From Balanoglossus misakiensis (lineage: Eukaryota; Animalia; Hemichordata), in NCBI GenBank assembly GCA_040954595.2, contig CM082595.2:3643943-3707942 (forward strand): a DNA stretch of 64,000 nt. The letters run 5' to 3'. The translations under genes and the position numbers were made by a program. Below, one piece after another: positions 1 to 13,300 of this stretch. Position 1 is the stretch's first letter. The number at the start of each line of letters is the position of its first letter. A model generated the notes under the pieces. It worked only from the letters and a program-made list of their open reading frames with translations, was not told where the DNA came from and did not search any database.

Positions 1-2735
1 TCCTACATATAGGAAGTACTCAACAAGTTTGTCAACACATTTGAATTTTCAACTCCATTGAACATAAGAGAATAAAGTATACTTTATTCAAAGTCTGTGC
101 AAGTTGCATAAACAGAAAACAAATGGTCGGTAGCACCTCACCTGTCATCCGCTGGACACCCCTGTGGAATACACAAAGTTTAACCAGTCTTGTGGTCGGT
201 TGGGACATACCATGTGGAAAGAGGGGTGTTGAGATCAAGAATCCATGTGAAGTGGTGCCGTCATTTTAAGTGGATTCCTCGTGACCAATACCGAAGCCTG
301 CAGTCGTCGGTGATCACAGTGCAGTCGCAATTGACAGTGCAATCGTGGCGACCAATCGGCATGGATGAGATGACCGCTGTCGCCAGCGCCTTCTCGAAAG
401 CCCTAAGTGTGGAACCATCTGCAGATGAAATCAAATCCAGCTTTGGATCCCGTTCGTTTACTTGCAGTTCTGATGAATGGGTGATGAGAGGGGACCCCTC
501 TGTAATGGGTTGTTTGGGACTGGTTTGAAATGATGCGTGGTGGAGACAGCGATGTCTGACAGATACAGCAAGGAACACAAACTCGTAACCCTTTCCCAGA
601 TAGTGTAGCAAAACACTGAAACAGTAGTCTTTTTGATGTTGAATGCAGTTCATGTACTGCGACATGGCGTGATGAAAGTCTGGTATGTGAGATGGCTGTC
701 AGACTCTGAAAATGCACTGCTGTCAATGTCCTGTTTGAATAGTAAACCAATGGTTTTGCAAAATCCAGTCAGTGCGGTGTGCTGTGATTTGTGTCAAAAA
801 TTCACGCGAGTTCAATGTACTCAGTCATTCTAGTCAGTTATGGTAGTGTATGGTGCCCTCTATAGCCAGAGATCAATGATGTTTGAATGAGGCATGAAAA
901 GTTTTAAAACATTCTCAAACTTGTCCACAATAATTTTTTTAGGAATCTTGGGACAGTAAGAACAGCAGGCATGAAAATCTGGCCAGATTCTTCTTTTAAG
1001 GCTGGGAAAATCTCAGACCAGATGATAGAAAGGTTTACCATTACAATAAACTGAACACTGTGGTAAACCCTGGGATTTTATAAACTTTAAAATAGACAGT
1101 CAATAGCGACAATTGTGATTCGATGTTTAGTAAACAGTACACTCCTTGCTGAGAATGTTCAATATTTGGATACAGAATCAATGGAGTTCCCGCTGTGATT
1201 TTAATGTAAGTTGGGAGGCGTGGAAGGGAAAGTGTTGGTGATTTCAATCTTTCTGTGGTTGTGCGTTGATTGTCCACAAGGGATGGTGTCAATATTTGAG
1301 ATTTGGGAAGTTTTGTCAGGTCGTTCCTCAACTATAGGAGAGGAGTTGAGATTGAAAAGGGTAGTTTATTGTTCTGTTGTGGTGTTTGTTTGCTGTTCAT
1401 GATGTCTTGAAAGATGGAGGTGGCAATGGTAATTTTTCGAATAAAGGCATCTCACTATCTGACAAAAGGGAACAGTTTTTATCAAAGGAAACTTTACCAC
1501 AGTAAAAACAACAACAAGCTAGGGTGTCTGTCTGTTTGTTTGTTTATCTCTACTCCACCGTAAACTGCAGGCAGTCTTCTTTGAAAAAGTTTAAAACATT
1601 GCATTTATAGCATTAGAAATGCTTTTGCTTTGCCATAAATTTTTGAGTAGAAACCGGTAGTCACTGAGTTTTATTTGGCGTATGTCAGATGAGTGTTTAC
1701 GTAGAGTCCGAGTAACCATTTAAAAGTGTAAACAATTTGGATTAGTGGGCATAAACTTTTGTAAACAGTCCCTGTTGAGAAGAGAGATTACGTCCTTGGT
1801 ACATGTTTGTTTTCCCATTTACCAAATTGGCAGAAATAGCTACTAGTTGGTTTCCGTTCTGTGAGTTTTTCCAAGAAGGTGGTCTACCCGACTCCCTCAG
1901 AGAGAGAGTTAAATGTTTGTGTACATGTGATTGATGGGAAGTGATTCTGGTGCTGATAGATCTTAGTGAGGGTGATGTTCCCAGAAAAAAAAAATCGTGT
2001 TATTATGAGTGGTGCACCCTAAAATCAGGCAATAGATAAAGGTAACAGTATAGGTTACTGTCAAGGATATATGTACGTATCCGTGACGACATAGATGTAG
2101 GCTTTTAAATTTACCCACATACCGGAAAATCGTACATATTCCCATGACATTACCTGTGCACTTCTTTAGAAAGGACCTGAAACTTCTGAATACTGGAGAA
2201 CGGCAAGTTGGAATTCGACTTGCATACACTCCCATCAAGTGGCAAGGTATGCTATGTTCAATGATAGTAACAGTAAAAGGATACTGGTGTGTGTCGGAAC
2301 CGAAATAACTGTTCCACTTCAAAAACCACATCATGACTTTTCTGCCGTGGTCTTGATTTCATCGCAGAATGGCCGGGCTCGAGACTTTTGAAATGCGAAT
2401 CTCTCGAGTTTAGAAATAATGATTCTTGAGAGGCGCGACCAGCCTTGCGTTGAGTTTACTCAAAAACTTTACTTCAAGTGGTTGCGGGCTGAAAAAGACT
2501 TGAAGTGCACTTGAATACAGGGCTTTGACAGCGCCATTGTTGTAAGACCTACAGAGTCTGCACGCCAAATATGTAGAGCTACTTTCACTGTCAGGCTTAT
2601 AAGAACATTTTAGATAAACTAATGTGTGTGTGTCCGCTGTGAATTGAAAAGTGGGTCTGTCACGCTTGGCTACAGTGGCATCTGAATGGATGGACAGACA
2701 CACATGACAGGCAGACAGACAGACACTCACGTAGA

Positions 2736-2898
2736 TATATAGATACATAGATACATACATAGATACATAGATACATACATACATACATACATACATACAT
2801 ACATACATACATACATACATACATACATACATACATACATACATACATACATACATACATACATACTCATACACACATTCATACATAAACATACACAC
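2736..2898. repeat. (ATAC)n tetranucleotide microsatellite
   Basis: Long atac run with degenerate edges. Confidence 0.95.
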
Positions 2899-4348
2899 TT
2901 GAGGTTGAAAACAGATCACTGCTGATAGCAGTGTTATTTTATTTTGGCAAGTTCAAGGCTGTGAAGAAGCTGGGAAAACAGTGATGCAGTGGATGCACAC
3001 TGTGAGCTCTGTATGAGACGGTGATACAGCAAAACAGTGTGTGTACGGATCACATGTTGGTAGTTGGCAGATTGTGTGCAGGTTTTCTTATAATATGATG
3101 TTTTGTTTGCTGATGGAGGAAGCTCAGTGGCAGTCTTTGCATCTTGTGTGGTAGAGGCACTCCGGCAGAGGAAAAGGACTGAATCCGATGGAATCAGAAA
3201 GACTCGTCGAGTCGAGCCTTGCCATTAGCCACCCAGTTCTCTCATTACCCAGTTCCTCGTCCCCCCGAGCCATGTTTAGATTAGAACGTTGAAGAATACT
3301 GGCTAGGTTTCCGCGCGCCGTGGTTGTATGACTCGCATACACCCCTGGGGCTGTGACTTGTACGGCGATACTTTGATTTGTCAAGACCGTTGAACGTTCG
3401 TTTTCCAAATCAGTCCATTCTATACCACGCACGCCAGTTTGCATGTCAACCTCACAGTTTCATTGATAGTGCCATTAATGAGTCCGAAAACAAATATTGG
3501 CCTTGAAATAAAATGAAAGCTGTATTTCATGGTGTACTGTTTGTGTTTACCAAGGATGCTGTTCAAGGGTACAGACCCTAGGTACCTGGACACAATATTT
3601 ATGTGGACAAAAATTTCAAGAATCCTGAATGTTGTACTGCATCTTTTCTGCCGTTGTAAAGTCAAATGTTTGCAATCAATGGTAGGGCCTTAGACAAATG
3701 GAAAATCAATTAGTTAAGACAGCAGTCCAGACTGTTATGTGTGGTATTTTGGCCAAATGGGTCATGAAGGTAGCTGTATGGGAATTGTGCTGGGAAATTT
3801 GCATGTTAATTCATTCAAATGATATGCAAATGTGAGTTGTTACTACCGCTGTGGTGATACATAAATTGACAGGATATGTTAGGACAGAAAGTTCCCCAAA
3901 ATAGCAAATCCCAGATTGAAATATCTCTCTCTCAGTAATGCAGACACTCCGCTACAGGTCAAGAAAATCAATTGACTTCAGGAACTACAGTGAATTACCT
4001 TCATTGGATGTGGGTTAATTCGTTGACCTCGCCGCGTACGCCATGTATGAAAAGCGTGCACTGTCTGAAGACGTGGTTTCTAGCTGTTGTACTACAGCCG
4101 CAAATGAGAAAACTGTCGGAATGAAATACAAACACGAGAGCAGACAAAACAAGTTTAATGTGGCGTGGGGATGTCTGGTTGCGGTGTGTGTGTGGAATGA
4201 GTTGGTTGGAATTTCCTACTAACTAGTAAATATGTTCTTGTAGTTGTACCTGTTCTATTGCACCAACCTAGCATAGTTGCCTAGTTTGTACCCCTATACT
4301 CACCCTCACTAAAATCCCTAACCCTAAATTTGCATGGTTGTTTTCCAG

Positions 4349-7300
4349 ATCGACATAGAAGAAAAGACAGACACCAAAATGATTGTAAGTTTTTTAGTTC
4401 ACTTTTATTTTCATTATTTAATTAATCCAGTTATGTAGTTTTATTATTTTCATTTTGTTTAATACTAATTGTACGGTTTTAATGGGTTTTAGTTGTATAG
4501 TTTCCTTCACCCCTGCTCTGTTAAAATTTTCACATTTCAGCATAAACATAGATCTTCTATACTGGTGCTTCTCATGACCTTTCACCTTTGACCGGGTCTC
4601 ACTAAGCCTGATAGTCATCTGTCTGTGTGTCCTCGTGGTGTGAGATGTACCATGTGTGAGATTAATCCCATCTTTCACGTTTCATGTTCACGGAAAGCAT
4701 CTTTAGGATTTTCGCAGTCTCCTCAGCTATCAGGTTACCTGTGTGATGTGAACGGTGCTTTGTTTGCCAAGTTTGTCTTGAACTGGCCTCAGATCTGCAG
4801 CCTGACATCATTGCAGATCCTGTTGCCTAAACTGCAAGTGAAAAAAATAATAAATAAATATCAGTGATCCTGAACCTTGGCCCAATGCCCTGCCCCCAAA
4901 TATTGGTGGTGGTGTCACAGACATTGATCCTTGTTAATAGCTGTTTGTCCCTCTGAACTTTCACCATCTGTCTGTGTTTCTGCAAAAAAGTTTATATATT
5001 GCGAGTGGTACGATAATCGCTGGATAACGAGACCGGATCCTGCGACCTTTGACCTCACACTTGGGATTATCGCAAGGGGAGGCTTGCGTTTATCACTTCC
5101 CGTTAACACGTCTGCATCTGTGTGTTTACCAGTTGGTGGAAACCATCGCGTGGCCCAGTCTCAAGTTTGTTTGTCCTCCGGCAAGACTTGACATTTTACA
5201 TGTGACATCTTGTGAAACATTGGCCACGGACAAGGCAGTGGCAAGGCTCGGTGATTTAAGCCCACCACAGTGATGCAGGTTGCTTTGAACTGCGAGAAAG
5301 TTCTTTCAGCCCGACTTCTCAATTTCTCGCATGTCTGTGCACAGATTCTGGACATTTTTGGAGCGAGTTCATGGAGTTGAACTGTGTCAAGTAAAGATTT
5401 ATTTTGTGGTTGAGCTGTGTCCAGACATTTTCCACGGTGACATTCTACACTCTTCTTGACTTTTTTTCTTGAATAGCCTTCAGGTCACAACCAAACATGG
5501 ACTGTACCATTCTTGTTCATACTCTCCATCTGAACGTTGCAGTTTTTGTCTAACTTCTTGTAATAGTTGAACTACACATCCATGAATTGGACTGACCAAA
5601 ATCTGCACAATTGTTAAAATTTCACTGTGTATTTCCTGCTGTTTGTCGTTGTTGTGAATGCTCTCCCCCCTCTTTTGCAAAGTGGTACGACCCAGTCATT
5701 TAGCAGCCAAAGTATCACATTTTAAGAGCTGCCTTTTAGTGTAGTGTGAAGCTAGTGTTTATGTTACGTAGTTCCATGGCTGTGTTGTGAACTGTGATCG
5801 ACTAGGCATGGTCTTCGGCGCTGGAGCTGGCACGGGCAGACTTCTTGCGCTTTCTGGCGTATCATGAAAAGTGTGTTTGGTTGTAGCCGGGCAGCGTTCA
5901 GTGATACGGGATATCTCGCCGTGCTGTGTAAACGTCCGGCACATCAAGCAAGGGGCACATCACAGAGGGGACTCCTGGTTTACATAGGATCCGACAGTAC
6001 TTGAGAAGTTTCGTGTCTAAGTTCACGCCGATGATCATGATGATGAAGCTAAGTAACCTCAGCGGGGCAAAGGAGCTAGAGTAAGAAACTTGAACCGAAC
6101 ACATCACCCTCTGATTTGGAACACCACTCGGATTTTTACCCAGGACACAGAAACTGCGACGCACCATACTGTGACTGAGATATATCATCCCCACTGGAAT
6201 TAATCACTCCTCCCGTGCGTAATGTCTCCTAATTTGCTGCCTCATTCCCGAGTCGTCCTTATCTGATAAGGTTCGCTCCGGAGAGACAGGGAAGAATAGC
6301 TGCCGGAACAATCGACTGTGGAAGTGCCGGTTGATGGGAAAAGTACTTACAGAGGATCAGTCTCCAATTTGCACCCTCTCTCGCTAGACCCGGAATTGCT
6401 TTGTGATAAAGTGATAGACAAGGTTCAGAGATTGTCTGTGAGAGATCGACAGAGAGAGAGAGAGGGATAACAAATATACTTGCTGCGTTGTGAAATTTAA
6501 GACTTTTACAAATGTGCCCCCGAGATATACGCTGAAATAACAGTGGACGAGACACATTATTGCTAAATAGTACAAAAAACTTGGAATGAATGTTGAAACC
6601 GGGTAGCACAGCAGAACTCTGTTGGATGACCAGGCCATGAATGCTTGGTTTCAGCTAATAACCCACTGCCGATATGGGAAACTCGCAAATTAAGACGCCA
6701 GCCTGCCTGTGCCTGCCCAGAATGCTGTTTGTTCGTTCAATCAAGTGCTACCCTCAGGGACCCAGGTCGAATGAAAGGGAGACTTCCTTAGACATATGGG
6801 TCTATTCTCGTAGGTATTGCGCGGCGTAGTGAGCTGTGTTTAATCCGGACCGCTCTGCTTTTGTTCTCGGTGTTTGAGTTTGACCGGGTTTCGGAATGAT
6901 GTACAAGGGCGAAGAGAGTGTTTGAGTGTTTGGACGAGTTTATGTGTGTGCTGCTTCTGTGTGTACGTGTGTGTGTGTGTGAGTCCTTTCAGGTATTTGT
7001 GACTGCAGACACGTGTAGATGGTTACTATAAGACCCTTGGTGTGTGGTAAAACTGATGAGTTTTTGTGTGTTCAAGGACTTCTCAAAGAGAGAGAGAAGG
7101 AAGAAAAAGAGAGGGGGGGGGGGAGAAGTAAACATTACCTTGTCTCCCTTTATTTCAATTAAGCATGGTGACTGACTTGCTAATTGTTGACATTATCTGT
7201 CTGACTCACAACCTGCTCAGATGTACTGAGTTAAGTGGCGATCTGTTCCCATGAGGTTTCCAGTGTTGCTGTGAGTTATGAGTAAACAAGGATGGAAAGA

Positions 7301-10300
7301 GTTTTTAAAATGTTTATGTGTAAGATAATTTATAGTTCGATGGTAAGAAAATGTATGACAGATTTTCTAGGTCACTGGTCGGCATATGAGATCTTCTGAG
7401 GTCCGAATTTAATGTGAGGACAATGAATATAAGTCTGTTATGTGTAGGGGAAAAAAGGATATTTATGTGATGAAGATTTGATAGTCGGGGGAAAGTACGT
7501 TGAGACGGGGTCAACTTATAGCGCCCTGTACAATAATAAAATTTGATACATTCGCATTACGTTTCAAGTTACAGCAATCCGTTTTATGTGTTATCCGTAA
7601 TGTTACGAAACTGTGGTTTGCTTGAGATGAGTGTCAGTGGGGTCGAAGTTTTTATGTGTGAAATTTAATAATAATGGCCTCGGGGGAGTACGGTTTTGGC
7701 GTGTTGATGGGGACGGGGGGTGTGTGGGACACGTGTTTGGGAGGGGTGGGGTTGGCACGTCTGTGTTCGGTATAATATATGTGGGAACTCGAGTTTTTCG
7801 ACTGCTTCTCGTTTGATATTCCCTCTTATTTTGTTACCCGTACCCGGATTCGTTCGCTTGATGCGATCATCGTCGCTTGTCTCCACGCTGGCCGTCATGC
7901 ATGGAACGCCGCGAACCGTGACCGGTTATAGAGTAGCGTTTACTGCGCCGAAAGTCTCCCACACACTCCCGCCATTATGTGAGCTTATGTCAAAACCCAA
8001 AGCCGCATAAGTAGACTCATTAGTATCAGAAAAAAAAATGTACAGTCAACTACTTTATGAAGTCATCTCGAGACAAAGGCTATTTTTTTGAACGGTTGTT
8101 TTAGTTTCTTTTGAGTGTTGACCCCTTCCGTCTCGAATGTTGATCTAGGGCCTTTGCTGCTGGCTTTGTTTTTCTGGCTCTGTTTACAGTGGAGGGGTAG
8201 TACACTTTTCCCTATGTGTGGCGGTGTTTACACAGCGTATAGGATGCACTGCACATTATTGTTTGACATAGCACTTGTGTGTTTTGTTTCGAGACCCAGC
8301 CTTGTGTGGCCTCTCGACTTTGGCAGAAATAATATGGGTGTAATGATGGCGGGTAAAGTATACACAGGGGTTTCTTGTGAGGGTGAGACTATCCTCTTTG
8401 TTTGGTGTTGTTTGCTTGTATCAAAATATTGTCGGTGGCAATGCACTTAGCAAGGTGTGTGAGACGAATCGCGCGATTGGTCGAAGTCGGTGAAATTGGC
8501 CATGTCTGTGAATCTTGGTGGTTTTAGCATTCACGTATCATAATCTAGTGGTGTTTTCAAGAACTCCAAGGCAATACTCAGACCCCAGTGTCCGAAGTGA
8601 GCAAGTGAATTTTCTTCGTGTTGCCCACCCTTGAGTGGCACCTGCCATTCACAGCATGACCATCGTGCCACTCGCAACTGACACAGAAACGTTGCGTGTA
8701 TCGTATGATCTGCAAGATTTTTCTAAACAAGTATTCTTTTACCTTAAGCATTACGTAGCATTCATTCAACAGATGTGCGAGGGGCAAGAGTGACCGACAG
8801 GTCATTTTCTGCTTCCAAAAGAAACATATTCACAGATTATTTCAAAATAATAGAGTGCAGTGACTGTAACCGTAGACTGTGCTATCTTGCAGGTGCTATT
8901 CTGTATAACCATTCCAGTTGTACAATGACTGAACTTAGAATCTTTGTCCTGATGTATATATTTTTCTTTCTTTCTCTCTATTTTCCAGTTCCCAGAGTCA
9001 ATGGACACAAACACAGAAGCAGCCACAGTGGCCATGGCTACGAGAGTTCATCCACCTTAATGAGCAGCGACATCGACACCACAAGTTACTTTGATTCTAC
9101 AGATGACGACAGCAGGTACGTAACGTTGCTATAGAAACAGCATGGGCTGAAATAGTGCCGATTTTGTTTTACTTTGTTAGGAAGGGGGGAGATACACATG
9201 GTAGATCAAGTTGGTGGGTTTTTTTTGGTGAGGCAAATGTTTGGGTAGTATGCCACAAGAAGCTATATTTTCACTGACAATACAGCCAGCCAGTCTGGAG
9301 CTTTTGGTGTCCACAAACACAGGGACCCTTATTGATACTGGGATGAATAAACAGAAGTCGGAAGTGGATTTGGAAGTAATTTATCATCACCAGCAAGTAA
9401 TACACTGAAATTTATGCATAGGGAAGAGCCTTCATCTCCTTTGGCTTTCATACTGACTGAAAACATCACTTGGGTCCCTGTCGTGAAGAAATTGAAATGA
9501 AAATTAAGACGTCTTGCCACTGTCATCTGTAGAGAGATAGTTTTCATGCCAACATTGTGTCACTTTGGTATGCAAGATAATTCAAACCTGATGGTCCCAA
9601 TATTTATTGAAGTTTGTGATGTATTTCTCGTAGAATCCCAGTGTCACAGTTTTTTTTCCAACGACTTCCTGAGGCAGAGACAAAAAAATCTGACCCGGGA
9701 TACAATAGGCACGTAACTGTGTGTGATTAAATTGGACAGATAATCATCTCCTAGGTGGAGTGTGATCAGGAAGAATTTGATAGAGAAAATGAACAAATTA
9801 TGTTAGCCTGGTCTCCTAGGAAACGGTTTTGACCTCTTGGCCTGATTGCGCTGGTCTCTATGGGAGTATGGATGACTTTTTAACTTTGTGTTTATAGTAC
9901 CGACTCTGAGAGCACGAAGTGGGTTTAATTGCGTGTGATTGACGCTGATGTTGATCGCGGGCGCAGTGAGAGGAAAGCGGTCGTCGTCTTTGTGTGACCA
10001 AATTGGGGCACTGTTCTCTTTTTGTGAATAAGAATAGAGAAACACAGTTATAAGTCTGGTTTTTTTAAGAGGAAATATTGTCTTTTTGGAGGAGAGAAAA
10101 AAATTGTGTTTATGGTGTTTTAGTTATAGTTAGTCGTAGTGTTCAACCAAAGATTTTGAGTAATGATTCTGTATTCTCGATTGGTGAAGGGTGCAGTGAA
10201 AATCTTGCCAATACATCAAGGCAAACACCACACCGCACCACATCACATCACATCACACAAAATCAAATCACTTATAAATACATAACTACAATAATATATG

Positions 10301-13300
10301 GGTCCTAAAAATATTAAACTGATCAAAGTTTTTATTCAGTTGTGGAAGAAAATACTTTGTAAAATACAAAGCTGATGTCACATGACAGAGATTGGCAGTT
10401 AGTGAGATGTCTCTTATGAGCTTAGACGTGTGAAATCTTGGATAACATTGCTTCAGGAATTTGAGAAAGTTGAGATTCTCCCTGGAGACCCGTGGTGGGA
10501 TGCCCATGTGTTTCATCAAATATTTGTCCATTTAGTTTGTTTCAGTTCATGCGTACATGTAAAATTTCAAGGAATTCTTCTGGAAGGTCAAGAATTCTTG
10601 GAAGAAATCTTACAGTTTTGTGAATAAAAAATTCTACCTAGTTGCCATAATTTGTATCTACGTCCGGCTGTAGACATAATAGAAGTTTGCCCAGCTGAAC
10701 TAGACTTGGCTTAGTCAGGAGCCTTTTTGCGGCCAGCGAGGGGGCTGTGAGTTTCAACACAATGTCGTAATAGTCTTCACAGGGATCCTGCTGTATTATG
10801 ACGAAAGCAAATTAGCAGCAGCCTTCTTGAAGTGGCAGCTGTTACCTTTGCACAATCGTGACTGAGACGTCTAGATTTAAAAATTCCACCATAATTGCTC
10901 CAAGGCTGTATTAGACGACTTAAACTTTAGGATTGTGTTTGAGAGTTGCTCACACACAGTTATTTATGCTCTGGGTGTGATACGGTGCCTCTCTCCCTTA
11001 CGTAGCAAAAGTTGGAGGGAGTCTGACGTTGATAATTGCCAGTGGTTCGACTTCGCACAAGGGATGTTGTTCTCAAGAGAGCTGCAAATGGACTTGCCAC
11101 ACACAGTATGGGGGCGAGAAGACTAATCTACACAGAAAAATAACAAAATAAATGCATAAGTGGCTGTTGACAGTTCGCGAAAGCACACAGGAAGCGTCTC
11201 TGTGACCTATGACCTTTCAGACGTTAAATATCAGGGACGTGCGATATGTACCATGATTGACTTCTTCCCAAAATTTGCTTGTGTTGTGAAGTTTCCCTAC
11301 TTTCAAATAAGCATTATATTCAGCCATTGCTTACATCAAACTACATTAAGAAAATGTTTGGAATTTCATAATAAAGTGAAAAATAATGAAATATATGTAT
11401 GACTTTTCAGAAATGTCCCTTTTCTGCTCTGTTTGACTGATTTACTGCTGTACCCAATGTATCAGTATAACTTGGTTCAACCCATTGTATCAAGTGGTTT
11501 AGTTGATCCTATTTATAGGAAATGGGGGTGAAAGGTTGGGAGGTGCTGAGTGGAGGGGATTACTTGGTCAAATACTTCTAAATCATCGAGGAAGTGTTTT
11601 GACATCGCGGCGGTAAATTATGAGGGAGTTGATCCTTAATTGATGGGGCTTGAAAGCTATTAGCAACACTGCAATTATTTGTCATCATTCATCAGAGTGA
11701 CAGAACCAAATGTGGCTTATTTTAGCTGTTAATGGTTGTGATTGCGTGATGTATTACCCGCTGTGTGGGACTTGAATGCTGAATGGGGCCGTGGTTGACA
11801 TTTGCGTCCGGGTAGTGTTGTGTGTGTTTACACGTAGAACTCTCCAACTTTGTCTAGCGATATAACTACCACTTATTTTGACTGAGATCTTGATCTGGAG
11901 AAATGTGGAACAGATGTTGAGATAACATATTATGTGGGAATTAAATAATTGTTGAAAATCCCAATGGAAAAATGACAATATTGATATACATGTATCGATG
12001 GCCCAGTGCAAGACAGTCGTATTTTCTATGCTTTAGCACAGCAGTTACAACTGTCATGCTCTGGGCGGCTATCGACATTCTGGTATCTTGACCGGGTATG
12101 ACAGTGATCTAGAACCTGGAACCAATCACGTACATGATGTGTAAATTGTGTGTTCTTTTCTCTCTCTTTTTTGTCTTCTGCAGTAGATTTAGCAGTGCAA
12201 CTGAACGCAGTGGCTCATCTAGGCTAATGCGAAGCAGACACAAGAGGCGAAAAAGGAAACCACGCATGCCTCGAGTAGCACGCGTAAGTATAGCACGCCA
12301 TTTTGTTTTGTAGTTACTGACTCTCACGCAATGAATACAAGATTCGGCGTTTCTACTGAGGTGGTGTTTTCAGATTTCAAACACCCTAGGACCACACAAA
12401 GCTGTGATAATGCATGCTCCCAGTGACTTAGCTTCAGAGGTTGCAACAAACATGAATGTTTTGTGATTTCTGGCCGATAATTTGACAAAGTCCAGGATTA
12501 CACTTCTCTGTGTGGCCTAACTACTCAGGGAAAGGTATGGCGTGTTTAGCACTGCCAGTGAAGTCGACGTGTGGTGTGGGGTGTAATGGTTCCTTCTCTC
12601 ACCCTCTCACCACCATGGTTTGGTCCAAATCCATTGTTTGCTATGGTGACATTGGACCTCTGTACGAGGAAATGGGGGTGAGAGGGCAGTGGAGCTGCCA
12701 CAGACAAACTCAAGACCTGCTCCCACCAATGTTTAATTGAATTAACACAAGACTAAAATCCTTCATCACCAATTGATCCCTGGAGTCGATCAAGGCAGCT
12801 GGGATTGAAATGTCAGTATGGGGAGGATATTAAAAATAAAACAGCAAGGCTCGAAACGTGACACAAAGACCCGATTAATCCCACTCCGAAGCTAAATATT
12901 CTCCAGTTTATTGGTCCAAATCTTGCAGATAAGCCTGTTAAAACGTAACCTGAGCTGAAAATTTTATCCAACTTGTGAAGTGGTGGAGAGCGAGGGCACT
13001 TGACCGCTTGACCGGGGAAATCGATGGTGTGAGAATGTGACCAGATTTAAGTGGAAATCTGTGTGCAGCTTAGGAACACAATAAACAGTTTTGTGTAATG
13101 TTTGAAATCAGAGCAGTCTTTTAAATACTTTAAAATAAACAGAACAAGATGATGTTGGCTGAAATGATGTGTGTGTGGATGAGATCTCTGTTGGGTTGGA
13201 TTCAGGTTGCCAAGCTTAATTTTTGTCTCTTAATCCTGTCGGGGATCAGCTATGTTTGGCAAATAATGCCTCCGCAGATAAATGATATCGTCAAGGTACA

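Noticed and set aside
2410-2919. 169-aa minus-strand ORF with MYVC repeats
   Set aside because: Translation of the (ATAC)n microsatellite.
1-4348. additional dvl DIX exons or independent genes among the short ORFs
   Set aside because: No DIX-like peptide or convincing exon was found; treated as intron.
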